A DNA stretch of 64,000 nt from Nitrospirota bacterium. Its GTDB lineage: Bacteria > Nitrospirota > UBA9217. The DNA lies in NCBI GenBank assembly GCA_963818475.1, contig CAWFSF010000002.1, forward strand, positions 608,001 through 672,000, read 5' to 3'. The position numbers and the translations under genes are program-made. How positions within the stretch are numbered: the first letter of the stretch is position 1; the number at the start of each line of letters is the position of its first letter. Below, piece after piece: positions 1 to 12,511 of the stretch. The notes beneath the pieces were generated by a model that saw only the letters and a program-made list of their open reading frames with translations, did not search any database and was not told where the DNA came from.

Positions 1-36
1 AATAACCCGTCATTCCGGGCTAACGCCACCTACTTC

Positions 37-63
37 GTCATTCTCGCGAAAGCGGGAATCCAG
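37..63. repeat. REP-like palindrome GTCATTCTCGCGAAAGCGGGAATCCAG
   Basis: Hairpin with GAAA loop; matches the widespread GTCATTCCCGCGNANGCGGGAATCCAG palindrome type. Confidence 0.6.
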
Positions 64-122
64 GTACCGTGGCAACAACGAGGGGCAGCTATGATGGATT
101 CTAAAAATATCACAACTGCCCG

Positions 123-1847
123 CTACAAAAAATGTCCGGTCAACGTAGCGGTGTTGGACGTGATCCCTGACACTGGATCTGCCGCCGTGATATTCGTGGT
201 GATGAATTGATTTGGACCGCAGGCTGCTAAAACTGTCGCTACTCCATTGATCACCGAAGCAAAATCAGCGTTCGAGGAAGACCAGGCGGCGGTATTGGTC
301 AGATCCACCGTGGTCCCGTCAGTAAATAATCCCAAGGCAGAGAACTGGCTGGTCTGCCCCACTATACATCTGATAGAAGCGGACGACGGCGTTACCTGAA
401 TTGACGCCAGCACTGCAGGCGTTACCGTCAGCGTGGCGGTATTTGAGGTGACTAAGGAAGAACTTGCCGTGATCAGGGTCGTACCCACGGCCTTGGTCGT
501 GGCCAACCCCTGGGAACCGGTTCCGTTGCTGATCACGGCAACCGCTGCATTCGACGAACTCCACGTTACGCTTGTGGTAATCTCCTTAACCGAGGCATCC
601 GTTAGCGTCCCGATTGCGATATAGTGCTGACTCCTGCCCAGAGCGATGCTGGTATTTGTCGGCGAGGTGACTATGGATACCGGGACTGGTGGTGTGACCG
701 TGAGCGTGGCTGCGGGGCTCGAAATTGACCCGAGCTTGGCAGTGATCGAGGTCGTGCCCACTGCCCTGGACGTGGCCAGTCCATTCGAACCCATTGCATT
801 GCTTATCGTGGCAACTGAGGTGATCGACGAGTTCCATGTTACGGCTGCGGTCATATCCTGCGTCGAGCCGTCAGAAAACATCCCGGTGGCGCTATACTGC
901 AGATCCCTGCCAAGAGCGAGATTGGTACTTGCGGGAAAGGTCGCCAAGGAGTCGAGGGTGGCCGGCGTGACCGCAAGCGTGGCTGCGGGGCTCGAAATTG
1001 ATCCGACCGCAGCGGTGATCAAGGTCGTACCCGTGGCAAAAGAGGACGCTAAGCCTTGAGAACCGGCCGCATTGCTGATGGTCGCAACTTCGGGAACCGA
1101 TGAGGACCAGGTCGCCAATGTCGTCAGTACATGCGGAGCGCCGTCAACAAGCATGCCCGAGGCCGTGAACTGCTGCATGGTCCCCTTGGCAATACTCGCC
1201 GTTGCCGGAGATGTCGAGATGGTCGCTACTGGCGAAGTGGTAAGCAGAGCGGAACCCGTGATCCCGGTGAACGTCGCCGAAATTGTGACCGTACCCGGAG
1301 CGTTGACAGCGGATGCCAGGCCGGAAGTGTCTACTGTTGCGATATTTATGTCAGATGAGGTCCAGTTCACCCCGGACGTCAATTTCTGCTCCACGCTGTT
1401 GGCAAGCGTCCCGTAAGCAAGGAACTGCTGCGTCATATTCGGTGCGATGCTTGGTGCGATTGGCGGTGTAACGAATAACGACACCATCTCCGATGTCGTG
1501 AGGGTGGCTGATCCTGTTTTGCCGCTGTATTGTGCAGTAATGACAGCGATTCCTGTCGCCGTGCCCGCCGTTGCCAGGCCGTGTGCGCTGACCGTTGCAA
1601 TTCCCGTGTCCGAGGAACTCCACGTTGCCGATGAGGTGAGCTCCACCGTACTGCCATCAGCGTATTCGCCAGAAGCCCTGAACTGCGTGGTAGTAAGAGG
1701 TGCAATGCTTGGACCGGGCGGCGTTACTGCTATTGATATCAGGGTCGGAATTGCGGGCGGCATCGCTTCCTCATCGCCTCCTCCGCATCCGGTAAGCATC
1801 ACGGTCAGGATCATGCCGGAAATCGCTGCGTGTATTCCCCTTTGCAT
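123..1847 (-). CDS. Lipoprotein with about six bacterial Ig-like (Big_2) repeats, Lig/intimin-like adhesin
   Basis: Lipobox LTGC; repeated ~90-aa units 'SIAVTP...QF.A.G...DG....T....WSSS...VATI'. Confidence 0.85.
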   Translation of the reverse strand: MQRGIHAAISGMILTVMLTGCGGGDEEAMPPAIPTLISIAVTPPGPSIAPLTTTQFRASGEYADGSTVELTSSATWSSSDTGIATVSAHGLATAGTATGIAVITAQYSGKTGSATLTTSEMVSLFVTPPIAPSIAPNMTQQFLAYGTLANSVEQKLTSGVNWTSSDINIATVDTSGLASAVNAPGTVTISATFTGITGSALLTTSPVATISTSPATASIAKGTMQQFTASGMLVDGAPHVLTTLATWSSSVPEVATISNAAGSQGLASSFATGTTLITAAVGSISSPAATLAVTPATLDSLATFPASTNLALGRDLQYSATGMFSDGSTQDMTAAVTWNSSITSVATISNAMGSNGLATSRAVGTTSITAKLGSISSPAATLTVTPPVPVSIVTSPTNTSIALGRSQHYIAIGTLTDASVKEITTSVTWSSSNAAVAVISNGTGSQGLATTKAVGTTLITASSSLVTSNTATLTVTPAVLASIQVTPSSASIRCIVGQTSQFSALGLFTDGTTVDLTNTAAWSSSNADFASVINGVATVLAACGPNQFITTNITAADPVSGITSNTATLTGHFL

Positions 1848-1968
1848 GAAAGTCCCTCCTTTCCTTATGAGTTACCAAGATGATCATTAGTAAAGCCTCA
1901 CAAAGTAAATAACCCGTCATGCCGGGCTGAGCCGGAATTAGGATCAAGCGTGCGAAGCGCTTGAGCTT

Positions 1969-4900
1969 CTATACCACTGCCCTGCAGGCCCTCGCCGCAT
2001 GCGCTAGCACCTGCTGGATATGAACATCCACCTGCCGGAGGACCGACGGCGATACCGCATAGCCGTCGCTCTCGTAGGTCAGCACCGGCATCCCCTGCCT
2101 GATGCTGAGCGGTTTCAGGATCGCCTCGGAGATGCGGAACGGCAGGCAGTTGAAGGGTCCGATGATGATGATCCCGTCGTAGCCGTCAGCCTCGGCCTCC
2201 AGTCCCCGGCCCACCGTCGGGGTGATCTCGCCGTAGATCCCCGGCGACACGTGGCTTGCGGCCGTCTCGAACAGGGACGCTGCGTTATTGGGGCCGGCCA
2301 CGAGCAGGCCCGTCTTCGCAAAGAGGCTCCTGTAGTTGTCCTCGATCCGCTTCTCCAGCTGGTAGGCGAGCCAGTGCTGCAGATACTTCTTGCCGTCCTG
2401 CTGGAACATCCTCGAACAGGCCTTGGCGAGCGTCGCCAGGCCGCCCGGCTTCATGCCCCAGCCGCTCGCCGCATCGGCAACGCCGTAGTAGATGTGATAC
2501 TGCAGCAGATCGGTCATATCAACGGGCTTCAGGATGATGCCCTGCCTGGTGTAGAGGTCCCGGACGCCATCCATGAAGAACGGGCTGAAGCGGGTGAAAA
2601 AATCGCCCATGACCAGGACCTTGGGACAGGCCCGCGGCTCCCTGATGCGCGGGAGCGCCGCGATCTGTTGGACCAGTCCGGGAAGATCGGCCTGGAACCG
2701 GGCCTCCGAGTCTGTTGCGGCAGCGAACTGCCGCCATTGCCTGCCGAGGCTGTCCACGCTGCCTTCGTCGCCTGCGACACGCAGAACATGCTCGATCTCC
2801 ACGAGGAGATCCGCCACCAGGAGCGTGAGCGCCGTGTGCTTCGCGAGCGTTATTCTGTCGATGGCGCTCCTGCCGTTCTCTTCGGTCGGAGCGAACAGGA
2901 ACAGGTCGGTGAGCTGCTGCTCCGCGATGAACCGCCGGAGAAAGTCCAGGTAGGCGTCGAGCACGCAGGGCGCGCCGCCTTTCAGCATGTAAAATCCGGC
3001 GATCTCGCCGGGTCTGCGCTGTTCGCTGATCTTGAGCAGTTGTCCGATGCAGAGCGGCAGCGGAAGGCATTCGCGCCCCGACGTGTATTGGAGGCCTCGT
3101 TCGAGCTGGCTCCGGTCGAGCGGAGCGAGCTCGCCGGTGTGCAGGCCCATCCAGCGGAACGCCATGGCCATGGCCTGCGTATGGAATTCGGAGAAATTGG
3201 GAAAATAAAAAGTGACGCGCGGATCGTTCATGGCTACAGGCTCGCCGTTGGTCCCGATGACCTGGTTGTTGCTGCCGGTCCGGCAGAGGGAGAAGGTCGC
3301 GCTCTGGGGCGCACTCTGAACAGCTGGCGCGGCCTGATAGTTGTGAACGATGTCAAGAAACGCTTCGATGCGGGTCTGGATCCCGGCGTCGGCAGTGTGC
3401 GCGTCGATCTCGAGGATCAGGTAGGGCTTTGCGCCCATGCCCGACGCGACCTCGGCGTGGGTAAAGGCGTCCACGGTGCAGCTGAAATTGCTGACGCAGA
3501 CCAGGAACAGGTTCGGATGTTTTTTTGCCAACGCCATGGCGTTCAGGATCTGGTTCGAGAAATGCCACGCAAAGGGCCCCTCTTCGATCGGCGCCAGGCA
3601 GTCGGCAGGGATGGCTGCCACGCCCATGCTCGATAGTTTCCTGCCGATCGATTGGGAAGCCTCGGCTGCGTAGGCATTGTAGCTGCGGCCGGCAAGCAGG
3701 ATCGTTGGTTTTCCTTCGGAGAGCGCACGGGCGAGCGCCTGCTGTCCCAGCTCGCGCATGGCGCTTTCTGCATGCATCTGGGCGCTCTTTGCCGCTTCCC
3801 AGGCGTGCTGGACTCGTTCGCGCCGTATGCCGAATTCCTGCGCGAACAGCTCCTCCAGCTCGGGGCCGCATTCGTAGCCCTGCGTGAGATCGAGGACCGG
3901 CGACAGAAAACGGATGTCCGGAAAGGCCGCGGCAAGGAAAAAGGGGCTGGCCTGGGTGATCGGGCAGAGATAGGAATCGCGGCAGGGGCCCGATTTCGGC
4001 ATGCGCTTCACATGCGGCAGGAACACGAGGTCCACGCTCTTGTTTGGCAAGGTCCAGGATCGCTCCGTGCGCTGTCTGCGCCGGAAAGCAGAAACCGGAA
4101 TAGGATTTCAGCTCGCCCCGTGGGTCGACGCCGGACAGGACCACGTCCATGCCGAGGCTGTAGAGGAAGATCGAGTAGAGCGGGAAGAGCGAGTGCGTGA
4201 GGAGCGCTCGCGGGATCCCGATGCGCAGCCGATCGCCCGGTGCCGACGGCCGTTCTTCTCCGGTGTTCGTACGGAAAATCATTTCCGACCGCTGTCCCAC
4301 CAGGTCCGGCGCCGCAGCAACGTGAGCGTTCCGCTTCCACGCCTTTTCGTACAGGCTGCAGCGCCCGCCAAAGGGGAAGCGCCGGCCGCCGACCTCGAAA
4401 CGGTCGATGCTGCAATGCATGCCGCAGGCCTTGCAGATGAAGCGGCCCGGCGACTTCATCTCCGCCGCGGCCAGCGAAAGCAGGTCCGTAGCGCAGTCAA
4501 GCCGGCCCTGGGACCGCGTGAGGGCAAGAAGTGCCACGCCGAGCGCCCCCATCAGTTCCGGGTCGGGCGGGATCACGACCGTGCGGTCCACGCTGTGCGC
4601 AAAGGCATGGCCCACGGCGCGGTTCAGCGCTACACCGCCCTGCAGGAACACCTTTTTGCCCACGGCACGCGGGCCCTTGACCTTGGTGAGATAGTTTGCA
4701 GCAATGGCGTAGACCAGGCCGGCCACAATGTTTTCACGCGACTGGCCCTGCTGGAAGGCGATGCGGATGTCGGAATTGATGAACGCCGCGCAGGTCGCCT
4801 TGAGCTGCACCGGCGACGGCTGCGGAGAGTGCCGCGCCGGCGATCTCAAAGACCGTGATGCCGAGGTCGCCCTGGGCGCTCTCTTCCAGGAACGAGCCGG

Positions 4901-6198
4901 TGCCGGCGGAGCAGGCGTTGTTCATGGCATAATCGATCGGCACGCCGTTCCGGAGCAGGATGTACTTGGCGTCCTGGCCGCCGATCTCGAAGATGGTGTC
5001 CACATCGGGATCGAAGTGGGTCGCGCCTGCGGCATGGGCAGAGATCTCGTTGTACACCTGGCTGGTGCCGAGGTAGGCACCGATGAGCTCCCGGGCCGAG
5101 CCGGTGGTCCCGACCAGTCCGATGCGAAGGTTGCCGGCCTCGCCTGCCATGGCCCTGAGGCATTCGCGTGTCGCTGCCACGGGATCGCTTCGTGTGCGGG
5201 TATAGTGCGAAGCGACCACCGCCTGTGTCGCGGGATCGAGCAAGACCGCCTTGGTCGTCGTCGATCCGGCATCCAGGCCGAGGACCAGCAGGCCCGCCGG
5301 AGGGGCCTGGCGCAGCGGCGGCGCAATGACCCGTACCCGGTCCGCAGAGCGGCCGAGCGGCGGAAAGCTGTCCAGGACCGGCTGGAGCGCGATCTCCGGA
5401 GAACGGTAGCGCGGTTCGTCACGGGTAAGCAGGGCGCAGCCCCAGGCCTCGAAATAGAGGCTTTCGGGTAGGACGACAATTCCGCGGCAGGAAGCTTCTC
5501 CCGGAGCGCCGCGAGCATTGCCGCATTTCTGGACAGGCCGCCGATGACGAGCACCCGTTTGAGCTCCCGCTGCCCCTGTTCGAGCAGCGAGACCACCTTG
5601 TCGGCCATGCGGTCATGCAGCGTATGCAGGATGTCTTCGGTGCTCGCTTCGTTCCGGTTGAGCTTGTGGGTGATGTCCGATTTGCAGTGGACCGAGCACC
5701 GGCCCGCCAGGGGCACGACCGTGCCGCTGGAACGAGCGCTCGATCGCCTCCTCCATGCCGAGCCTCATTCGTCCGATCTGCTGCACAAAGAACTCGCCGC
5801 TTCCGGCAGCGCATTTGTTGTGCGAAAGCACATTCGCGATCCTTCGATCCGTCAGGAGGTATGACCAGGAAGGACTCGCCGCCGAGCGATGCCACGGCGT
5901 CGAAATCACCCCTGGTCTCGTCCAAGGCCCGCTGAATGGCGGCTACCTCGGTGATGTGGCCCCGGCTGCCGGAAACCCCGAAATAATCGGCCCCGGAGAA
6001 CTCCTTCTTGCGCAGCAGTTCCTTGAGCGCCTCCATCGGACGGCCCTGATGGGTCACCACGCTGGAGAAGAGATCGTCGCCTTGCAGGGCAGCCACCTTT
6101 ACGGTGATGGCGCCGATGTTCACGCCGACGCAGCCCGGCCCCCCTGCCAGCGATTCCGGCAAGTCACCATTCTTACTCCGGGACAGGTCATTCAGCAT
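1969..6198 (-). CDS. CoA-substrate-specific enzyme activase (two BadF/BcrAD ATPase domains) fused to DUF2229/2-hydroxyacyl-CoA dehydratase-like domains; about 5 apparent frameshifts
   Basis: Motifs spread over consecutive frames: GVNIGAITVK, HNKCAAGSGEF, CSVHCKSD, IGGQDAKY..MNNACSAGTGSFLEE, CAAFINSD, IGIPRAL, CFPAQ, GRECLP, GPFNCLP. Confidence 0.8.
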
Positions 6199-6439
6199 AG
6201 TTCTCCTTCATTCAGCGAGGCGAGATGACACGTCTGGGGCTGGGTCGCCGTGGCAAGATATGATAAGTATAGCTCACAGAAAAGTCAGGGAGATTTTATT
6301 CTATTGTTTGGTTTTCTGCGAGCTTAGCGGCTCTGCGCGAGACGCCTTGCTTGTGACCTGATTAGCTGGAAGATATTTATTTTGGGAGAACCGGCAGCAA
6401 GCCGGCAATCCAGGGCATTGCCGTACTCAGCAAGGCCTA

Positions 6440-6448
6440 TGCTAGAAT
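6440..6448 (+). promoter_or_regulatory. Extended -10 (TGcTAGAAT) 6 nt before the ftsH ATG; probable leaderless transcript
   Basis: Sequence match; no Shine-Dalgarno between -10 and ATG. Confidence 0.5.
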
Positions 6449-6454
6449 AGAATT

Positions 6455-8374
6455 ATGGATAGCGAACAGGACAAAACAAGCCGGCTCAAGAATCCCCAAA
6501 ACCGGATCCTTATAGCGATCATCCTCATTTCCATGGCCTTCTATCTCTGGCAATTCTCGACGCTTCCTTCCGGCCCTCAGCGCTTTACGATCTCCTACAG
6601 CCAGTTCATGGAGCAGCTCAACGCATCAAATATACGGTCCGTCTCCATCCAGAAACTGCGGGTGAACGGCGAGTTCGTGAAACGAACGGATCTCACCCTT
6701 GCCGATTCGACCAAGCCGGTTCCGGTTCAGCACTTCACGACGCACCTCCCGACCTTCCAGGGTCAGGACCTTTTGGCACGGCTCGACGCGGAAAAAGTCG
6801 CCATCACCATCGAGCCGCCTGAGGAGGGCTCGCTGTTCTGGAATTTTGTGCTGGGTATACTGCCCTGGGTGCTCATCCTCGGATTCTGGTTTTTCATGAT
6901 GCGCCGCGCCCAGCAGATCCAGGGCGGAGCGGGCGGCCTTTTTACCTTCGGCCAGAGCAAAGCCAGGCTCTATGACGTCAAGCGGCCCAAGGTGACGTTC
7001 AAGGATGTGGCGGGGCTGGACAATGTCAAGCAGGAGCTCCGGGAGTCGATCGAGTATCTGAAGGATCCCTCCAAATACGCAAAGATCGGCGCAAGAGTCC
7101 CGAAGGGCGTTCTACTCATCGGACCGCCGGGCACCGGGAAAACACTCCTTGCCCGGGCCGCGGCGGGCGAGGCGGGGGTCCCCTTCTACAGCATCAGCGC
7201 CTCGGAGTTCATTGAAATGTTCGTCGGCGTCGGCGCTTCCCGGGTGCGGGACATGTTCAAAAAAGCGCGCGATTCCCATCCCAGCATTATCTTCATTGAC
7301 GAGATCGATGCCGTGGGACGCACACGCGGCGCGGGCCTGGGCGGAGGGCACGACGAGCGCGAGCAGACGCTGAACCAGCTTCTGAGCGAAATGGACGGGT
7401 TCGATCCCCACGAAGAGGTCATCGTCATGGCCGCGACGAACAGGCCCGATGTGCTGGACCCGGCGCTCCTCCGGCCGGGCAGGTTCGACAAGCATATCGT
7501 GGTCGACCGTCCGGGCTGGAAGGAGCGCAAGGCGATCCTGGAGGTCCATGTGAAGGGAAAGGTCCTTGCAGCGGACGTGGACCTCGAGACTATTGCCCGC
7601 GGCACGCCGGGAATGACCGGCGCGGACCTCGAGAACCTTGCGAACCAGGCAGCGCTCGTGGCGCTCAGGAAGAACGAGAACCTGGTCTCGATGAAGGACT
7701 TCGATGAAGCGCGGGACACGATCCTCATGGGCGGCGTGCGCGAGGAGACGATCTCCGATGCGGAGAAGAAGATAACCGCCTATCACGAGGCGGGGCACGC
7801 GCTCGTTGCCGGGGAACTGCCGGGCACGGATCCGATCTATAAGGTAAGCATCATTCCGCGCGGAATGGCCCTGGGCGTCACCCAGCTCCTGCCTGCAGAG
7901 GACCGTCATTATTATCCCCGCACTTATCTTATGAACAGGCTGGCCGTCGCCCTTGGCGGCAGGTGCGCCGAGAAGCTCTTCTTCAACGACATGAGCAGCG
8001 GGGCCCAGAACGACCTGAAGGAAGCGACCGCGCTTGCGGAGAAGATGGTGGCCCAATGGGGCATGAGCGACAAGGTGGGTCCCATGAACCTCGGGAGAGG
8101 TGAAGAGCACCCCTTCCTGGGAATGGAGCTGGCGCAGCCCAAGCGCTACAGCGAAGAAATGGCCTGGATCATGGACCAGGAGATCCGGCGGCTGTTGCAG
8201 GAGGCCGAAGGCGTGGCCATGGACATCCTCACCCGGAACAGGCATGTCCTCGAACCTCTTGCCGCGGCGCTCATGAAAGAAGAAGTCCTCGAAAGAGCGG
8301 ATGTGGAGCGCATCATTGCGGAAGCGCGGGAAAAGACGACTTCCGGAACGCCGGGAACGGGTTCGGAGAAATGA
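6455..8374 (+). CDS. ftsH: ATP-dependent zinc metalloprotease FtsH
   Basis: Two TM segments, Walker [41 protein letters not shown]. Confidence 0.97.
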   Translation: MDSEQDKTSRLKNPQNRILIAIILISMAFYLWQFSTLPSGPQRFTISYSQFMEQLNASNIRSVSIQKLRVNGEFVKRTDLTLADSTKPVPVQHFTTHLPTFQGQDLLARLDAEKVAITIEPPEEGSLFWNFVLGILPWVLILGFWFFMMRRAQQIQGGAGGLFTFGQSKARLYDVKRPKVTFKDVAGLDNVKQELRESIEYLKDPSKYAKIGARVPKGVLLIGPPGTGKTLLARAAAGEAGVPFYSISASEFIEMFVGVGASRVRDMFKKARDSHPSIIFIDEIDAVGRTRGAGLGGGHDEREQTLNQLLSEMDGFDPHEEVIVMAATNRPDVLDPALLRPGRFDKHIVVDRPGWKERKAILEVHVKGKVLAADVDLETIARGTPGMTGADLENLANQAALVALRKNENLVSMKDFDEARDTILMGGVREETISDAEKKITAYHEAGHALVAGELPGTDPIYKVSIIPRGMALGVTQLLPAEDRHYYPRTYLMNRLAVALGGRCAEKLFFNDMSSGAQNDLKEATALAEKMVAQWGMSDKVGPMNLGRGEEHPFLGMELAQPKRYSEEMAWIMDQEIRRLLQEAEGVAMDILTRNRHVLEPLAAALMKEEVLERADVERIIAEAREKTTSGTPGTGSEK

Positions 8375-8562
8375 TCTGTTGCCGATCTTCCCCTATTTGA
8401 CAGGCCCCCATTGTCGCGTTAAGGTTAGTCATCAGCACATACTGCATAAGTATGACAACTGCAGCAAACGGCTACTGACTGCACGTTTCCAGTCTATTAT
8501 TCATCAATATGCAATATCTGATAAAAAGTTCATTGTTTCATTGCCATGAGGGAGGTTTGCCA

Positions 8563-9993
8563 ATGGATGTCTTTCACCATCACGGTGAAAAGAACAGCAA
8601 TTTTCTGATCAAAACGATCATCGACTCGATCAGCGATGCGGTCCTTGTTGTGGGCAAGGATCGCCGCATTGTGCTTGCCAACCCCGCCTCGTCCAGGCTC
8701 TTCGGTTACAGCATGGAAGAGCTGCACGGACAAACCACCGAAATGATCTATCCCGACCGGGAGGCTTATGAAACCACCGGCAAAGATCACTTCGCTTCCC
8801 TGCAGCAGGGGAAACGCCTCCTTTTCGAGTTCACCTTCAGGCGCAAGGACGGCGGCACGTTCGACGCGGAATCGCTCGGCGCTGTGCTGCATGACCTGCA
8901 CGGATCGCCGATGTGGTACGTTGCCGTGATCCGCGACATTACGGAGCGGAAGCGGCTGGAATCGGCGCTTCGGCGGAGCGAGCAGCAGTCCCGGGACCTC
9001 GTCTCGGTCATCGAAGCGCGGCACATTATCTATACGCATGACGAGAACGGAAACTTCACGTACCTGAGCCCTTCGGTCACATCAATACTGGGATATTCGC
9101 GGGAAGAGTTCATGACGCACTTCACCGAGTACATGACGGACCATCCTGCTAACGCCGAAGCGGTCAGGCGAACGGCACTCAGCTTACGGGGCGTGCAGCA
9201 GCCTGCTTATGAGGTCCAGCTTTTTCATAAAAACGGTGAACGCCGTTGGCTCGAGGTCGTCGAAACGCCCCTCCGGGGACCAGACGGTACGATCATGGCA
9301 GTTCACGGCATTGGGCTCGATGTCACGGAGCACAAGCGCAGCGAGGAGTTGCTGCTCGAAAGCGAAGCGCGCTTCCGGAGTATATTCCAGTCCGCCCCGA
9401 TCGGGATGCATATGTACGAGCTCCGTCCCGACGGCAGGCTGGTCTTCATCAACGCCAATCCGGCCGCGGACCGGATCCTGGGTGTAGATAACAGTGTGTT
9501 TATTGGGAAAACAATTGAAGAAGCTTTTCCTCCCTTAACGGATACGGAGATCCCCGATCGGTACCGCGAGGCGGCAGCCACGGGAACGTCGTGGCGATCG
9601 GACAATGTGGATTACGAGAATGGGCGGCTGATCCGGGGCGCCTACGAGGTCGCGGCCTTCCAAACATCGCCCGGCGTCATGGTAGCTGCCTTTACGGACA
9701 TCACCGATCGTAAGAGAAAAGAGGAGGAACTCCGCCGCCTGAATGCGGAATTACAGGAAGCGGCGGCGAAGGTCCGGATCCTCAAGGGCCTGCTGCCGAT
9801 TTGTTCATATTGCAAACGGATCAGGGACGACGACGGCAACTGGGAGCAGATCGAGTTGTACATCAGGAAACGTTCTCAAGCCGAGTTCACACACGGCATC
9901 TGTCCGGAGTGTATGAAGAGGCTGTACCCGCACAATGCATTCCCTACCACCGGCCGCAAGGATCCTGACGACCGTTCGAAATCAGGAAAGTAG
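8563..9993 (+). CDS. Multi-PAS sensor protein with C-terminal Cys/His metal-binding tail, no kinase domain
   Basis: Three PAS/PAC units ending DITERK, DVTEHK, DITDRK; tail LLPICSYCKRIRDD.G.W...FTHGICPEC; GGAGG RBS before ATG 8563. Confidence 0.85.
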   Translation: MDVFHHHGEKNSNFLIKTIIDSISDAVLVVGKDRRIVLANPASSRLFGYSMEELHGQTTEMIYPDREAYETTGKDHFASLQQGKRLLFEFTFRRKDGGTFDAESLGAVLHDLHGSPMWYVAVIRDITERKRLESALRRSEQQSRDLVSVIEARHIIYTHDENGNFTYLSPSVTSILGYSREEFMTHFTEYMTDHPANAEAVRRTALSLRGVQQPAYEVQLFHKNGERRWLEVVETPLRGPDGTIMAVHGIGLDVTEHKRSEELLLESEARFRSIFQSAPIGMHMYELRPDGRLVFINANPAADRILGVDNSVFIGKTIEEAFPPLTDTEIPDRYREAAATGTSWRSDNVDYENGRLIRGAYEVAAFQTSPGVMVAAFTDITDRKRKEEELRRLNAELQEAAAKVRILKGLLPICSYCKRIRDDDGNWEQIELYIRKRSQAEFTHGICPECMKRLYPHNAFPTTGRKDPDDRSKSGK

Positions 9994-10045
9994 GCCGCCC
10001 AGTATCATCCTTAAGAACAGACACAGTAACTCACCTTGCTTTGCA

Positions 10046-10201
10046 TCAATGGCAATCTGCTCCTTTGCTGTTGCCCCTGCCGTTGCACGCTCCCGCGTCG
10101 CAACCCGGGCAATGCCCCTTTTTTTTCCAGAGGGAATGATAAAGCAAGAAGAGCGCTCCCGCGATGATCGAGACCATCAGTACTATGTCAATAACTCCCA
10201 T
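10046..10201 (-). CDS. FeoB-associated Cys-rich small membrane protein, 51 aa (not in ORF track)
   Basis: Hand translation MGVIDIVLMVSIIAGALFLLYHSLWKKKGHCPGCDAGACNGRGNSKGADCH; RBS GGAGGGG; directly after feoB. Confidence 0.8.
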   Translation of the reverse strand: MGVIDIVLMVSIIAGALFLLYHSLWKKKGHCPGCDAGACNGRGNSKGADCH

Positions 10202-10266
10202 ATACCCCTCCTTGAAGTCCTTCAATTTGCCCGCGCCGTTAACGGAGCGATCCCAGAAAGTGTTCT

Positions 10267-12511
10267 TTATCCCAGCCCCAGCAATCTACCACCTTGATAA
10301 ATGGCGAACGCAACGACCCATGCCAGCACCATCTGATAGGCAAAGGCGATGCCGAACCACTTCCACGTCCCGAACTCCTGCTTCATAGCGATGGCCACGA
10401 CCACGCACGGCATATACAGCAGGACGAAGGTGATAAACGCATAGGCGCTGAGCGGGGTAAATTGCCCCTTGATCACCTCCCGCAACGGCGAGCGTTCCTC
10501 CTGTTCCTCCGATGATTCCTGCGCAGTAATGCTTGAGATGCCGATTCCGGAAACAACGTTGACGGCTGAATCACGAAGAGCATCGACAAAGCTTGTTCCA
10601 ACCTCTTTCACCTCCTCGGCAAAGGTCGGGGTTTCTTTCTTTTCCTCCTCCGTCTTGGGCACGTAGATCTCGCCCATGGTGCCTACCACGATCTCTTTTG
10701 CAATGAGTCCCGAAACCAATGATGATGCTGCCTCCCAGGTGCCGAACCCGAGCGGCGCCAAAGCAGGCGCGATCACCTGGCCCGCCCTGCCGAGGTAGGA
10801 GTCTTTCCTGTGCTCCACTCCCCACGGCAGGTTCAGGAGGAACCATACGAGGATAGAAACGGCAAGAATATAGGTTCCGGCCTTGATCAGGAAGTGCTTG
10901 CCTTTCTCCCAGGTATGGATCATCAGGCTCCGAAAGGACGGCATGCGGTAGGGCGGCAGTTCCATGATGAACATGGGGGCCTCACCTTTGAACAGCGTCC
11001 ACTTGAAAATTATGCCCATCAGCACGGCAAGCGCGATCCCCATGACATAGAGCGACCAGAGAACCGTTCCGGCATAGGCGCTGAAAAAGACACCGATGAA
11101 CACGACATACACGGGGAGACGGGCGCCGCAGGACATGAGCGGTATGAGAAGCGCCGTCAGCGCCTTGTCACGCTGATTTTCCAGCGTCCGCGTAGCATAA
11201 ACAGCGGGAACATTGCAGCCGAAACCCAAGAGCATCGGGATAAATGATTTTCCATGGAGGCCCATGGCGTGCATCGCCCGGTCCATCACGAATGCTGCCC
11301 GCGCCATGTATCCGCTGCCCTCCAGAAAGGTGATAAAGAACATCATGGCAAATATGACGGGCACGAAGACCAGCACGAAACCGACGCCGGCGATGATACC
11401 GTCGGTTGCAAGGGAGATCATCCAATCCGAGGCGCCCGACGAGGCCGAGAAGCGCTTCCGCCCACCGCTTGAAGGGTCCTGCGGTCATGGCGTCTATCCA
11501 GTCGACAAATGGCGTTGATACGTCGAAGGTGAGCTTGAACATGAGCCACATGGCTCCCAGAAAAATAGGAATGCCGAGGAAACGGTTCAGCACGAACCGA
11601 TCGATCTTTTCGGTCAACTCTTTCTTTTTTATTTCCGGTTTGCGAAGCACCTCACGGATCAATCCGGCCGCCTGCGCATACCGTGCATCAGCCATCAACG
11701 TCTCTATGTCTGACTCATGGGCTTCCTCCAAATGCGCAGTTGCCTGCTTCACCACTGAATCGATGCCGGCCAGGTTGATCTCATTCAAAACCCGCTCATC
11801 GCTCTCCATGATCTTGAGTGCCAGCCAGCGTTTTGGATATCGCTCAACCAGTCCCTGATGAATGCCGATGACCGCTTTTTCCACAGCCGATGCCGCCGCC
11901 TCAACGTCTTCTCCGTAATGCAGGTCCTTGGGACGGCGCGCAGTATCAGCGGCTGTTTCCAGCGCAGCTTCCAAAAGATTCAGAAGGCCGGTCTTCTTCG
12001 TGGCCACGGTCGGGATAATGGTTGCCCCGAGCATCTGCTCCATCGCTTTTACATCGATCTTGTAGCCTTTCTGCTCTGCCTCGTCGTAGATGTTCAGCGC
12101 GATGATCATGGGGATTCCCAATTCCATGAGCTGGACCGTGAGGTACAGGTTTCGCTCGAGATTCGTCGCGTCCACGACGTTGACGATCACGTCGGGGCGC
12201 TCGTGCACCAGGTAGTCCCGGGCGATGATCTCTTCCTGGGTGTAAGGGCTCAGGCTGTAGGTTCCGGGCAGGTCCACCAGTTTTACCAGCTGGTCGCCGT
12301 ATTCAAACTGCGCTTCTTTCTTTTCCACGGTAACGCCCGGCCAGTTGCCCACATGGAGCCGTGTTCCCGCAATGGCATTAATGAGCGTGGATTTCCCGGA
12401 GTTTGGATTTCCCGCCACCGCGATGGTGACGGACTTTTTCGCGACTGCCAGGCTGCAAATCCGCGGATTGCCTCTGCTTTTAATTCCGCTGTTCACTGTC
12501 GCATTGCGCAC
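10267..12511 (-). CDS. feoB: Ferrous iron transporter FeoB (frameshift near 11430; start uncertain)
   Basis: GNPNSGKS, VGNWPGVTVEKK, DLPGTYSL in the first frame; EGSGYMARAAF, GFGCNVP, CGARLP, LYMPC in the second. Confidence 0.92.

Noticed and set aside
2020-3636. Long antisense ORFs (also 7112-8245, 33992-35479, 44012-45262, 58471-59586)
   Set aside because: Shadow frames of GC-rich genes with clear family motifs on the other strand
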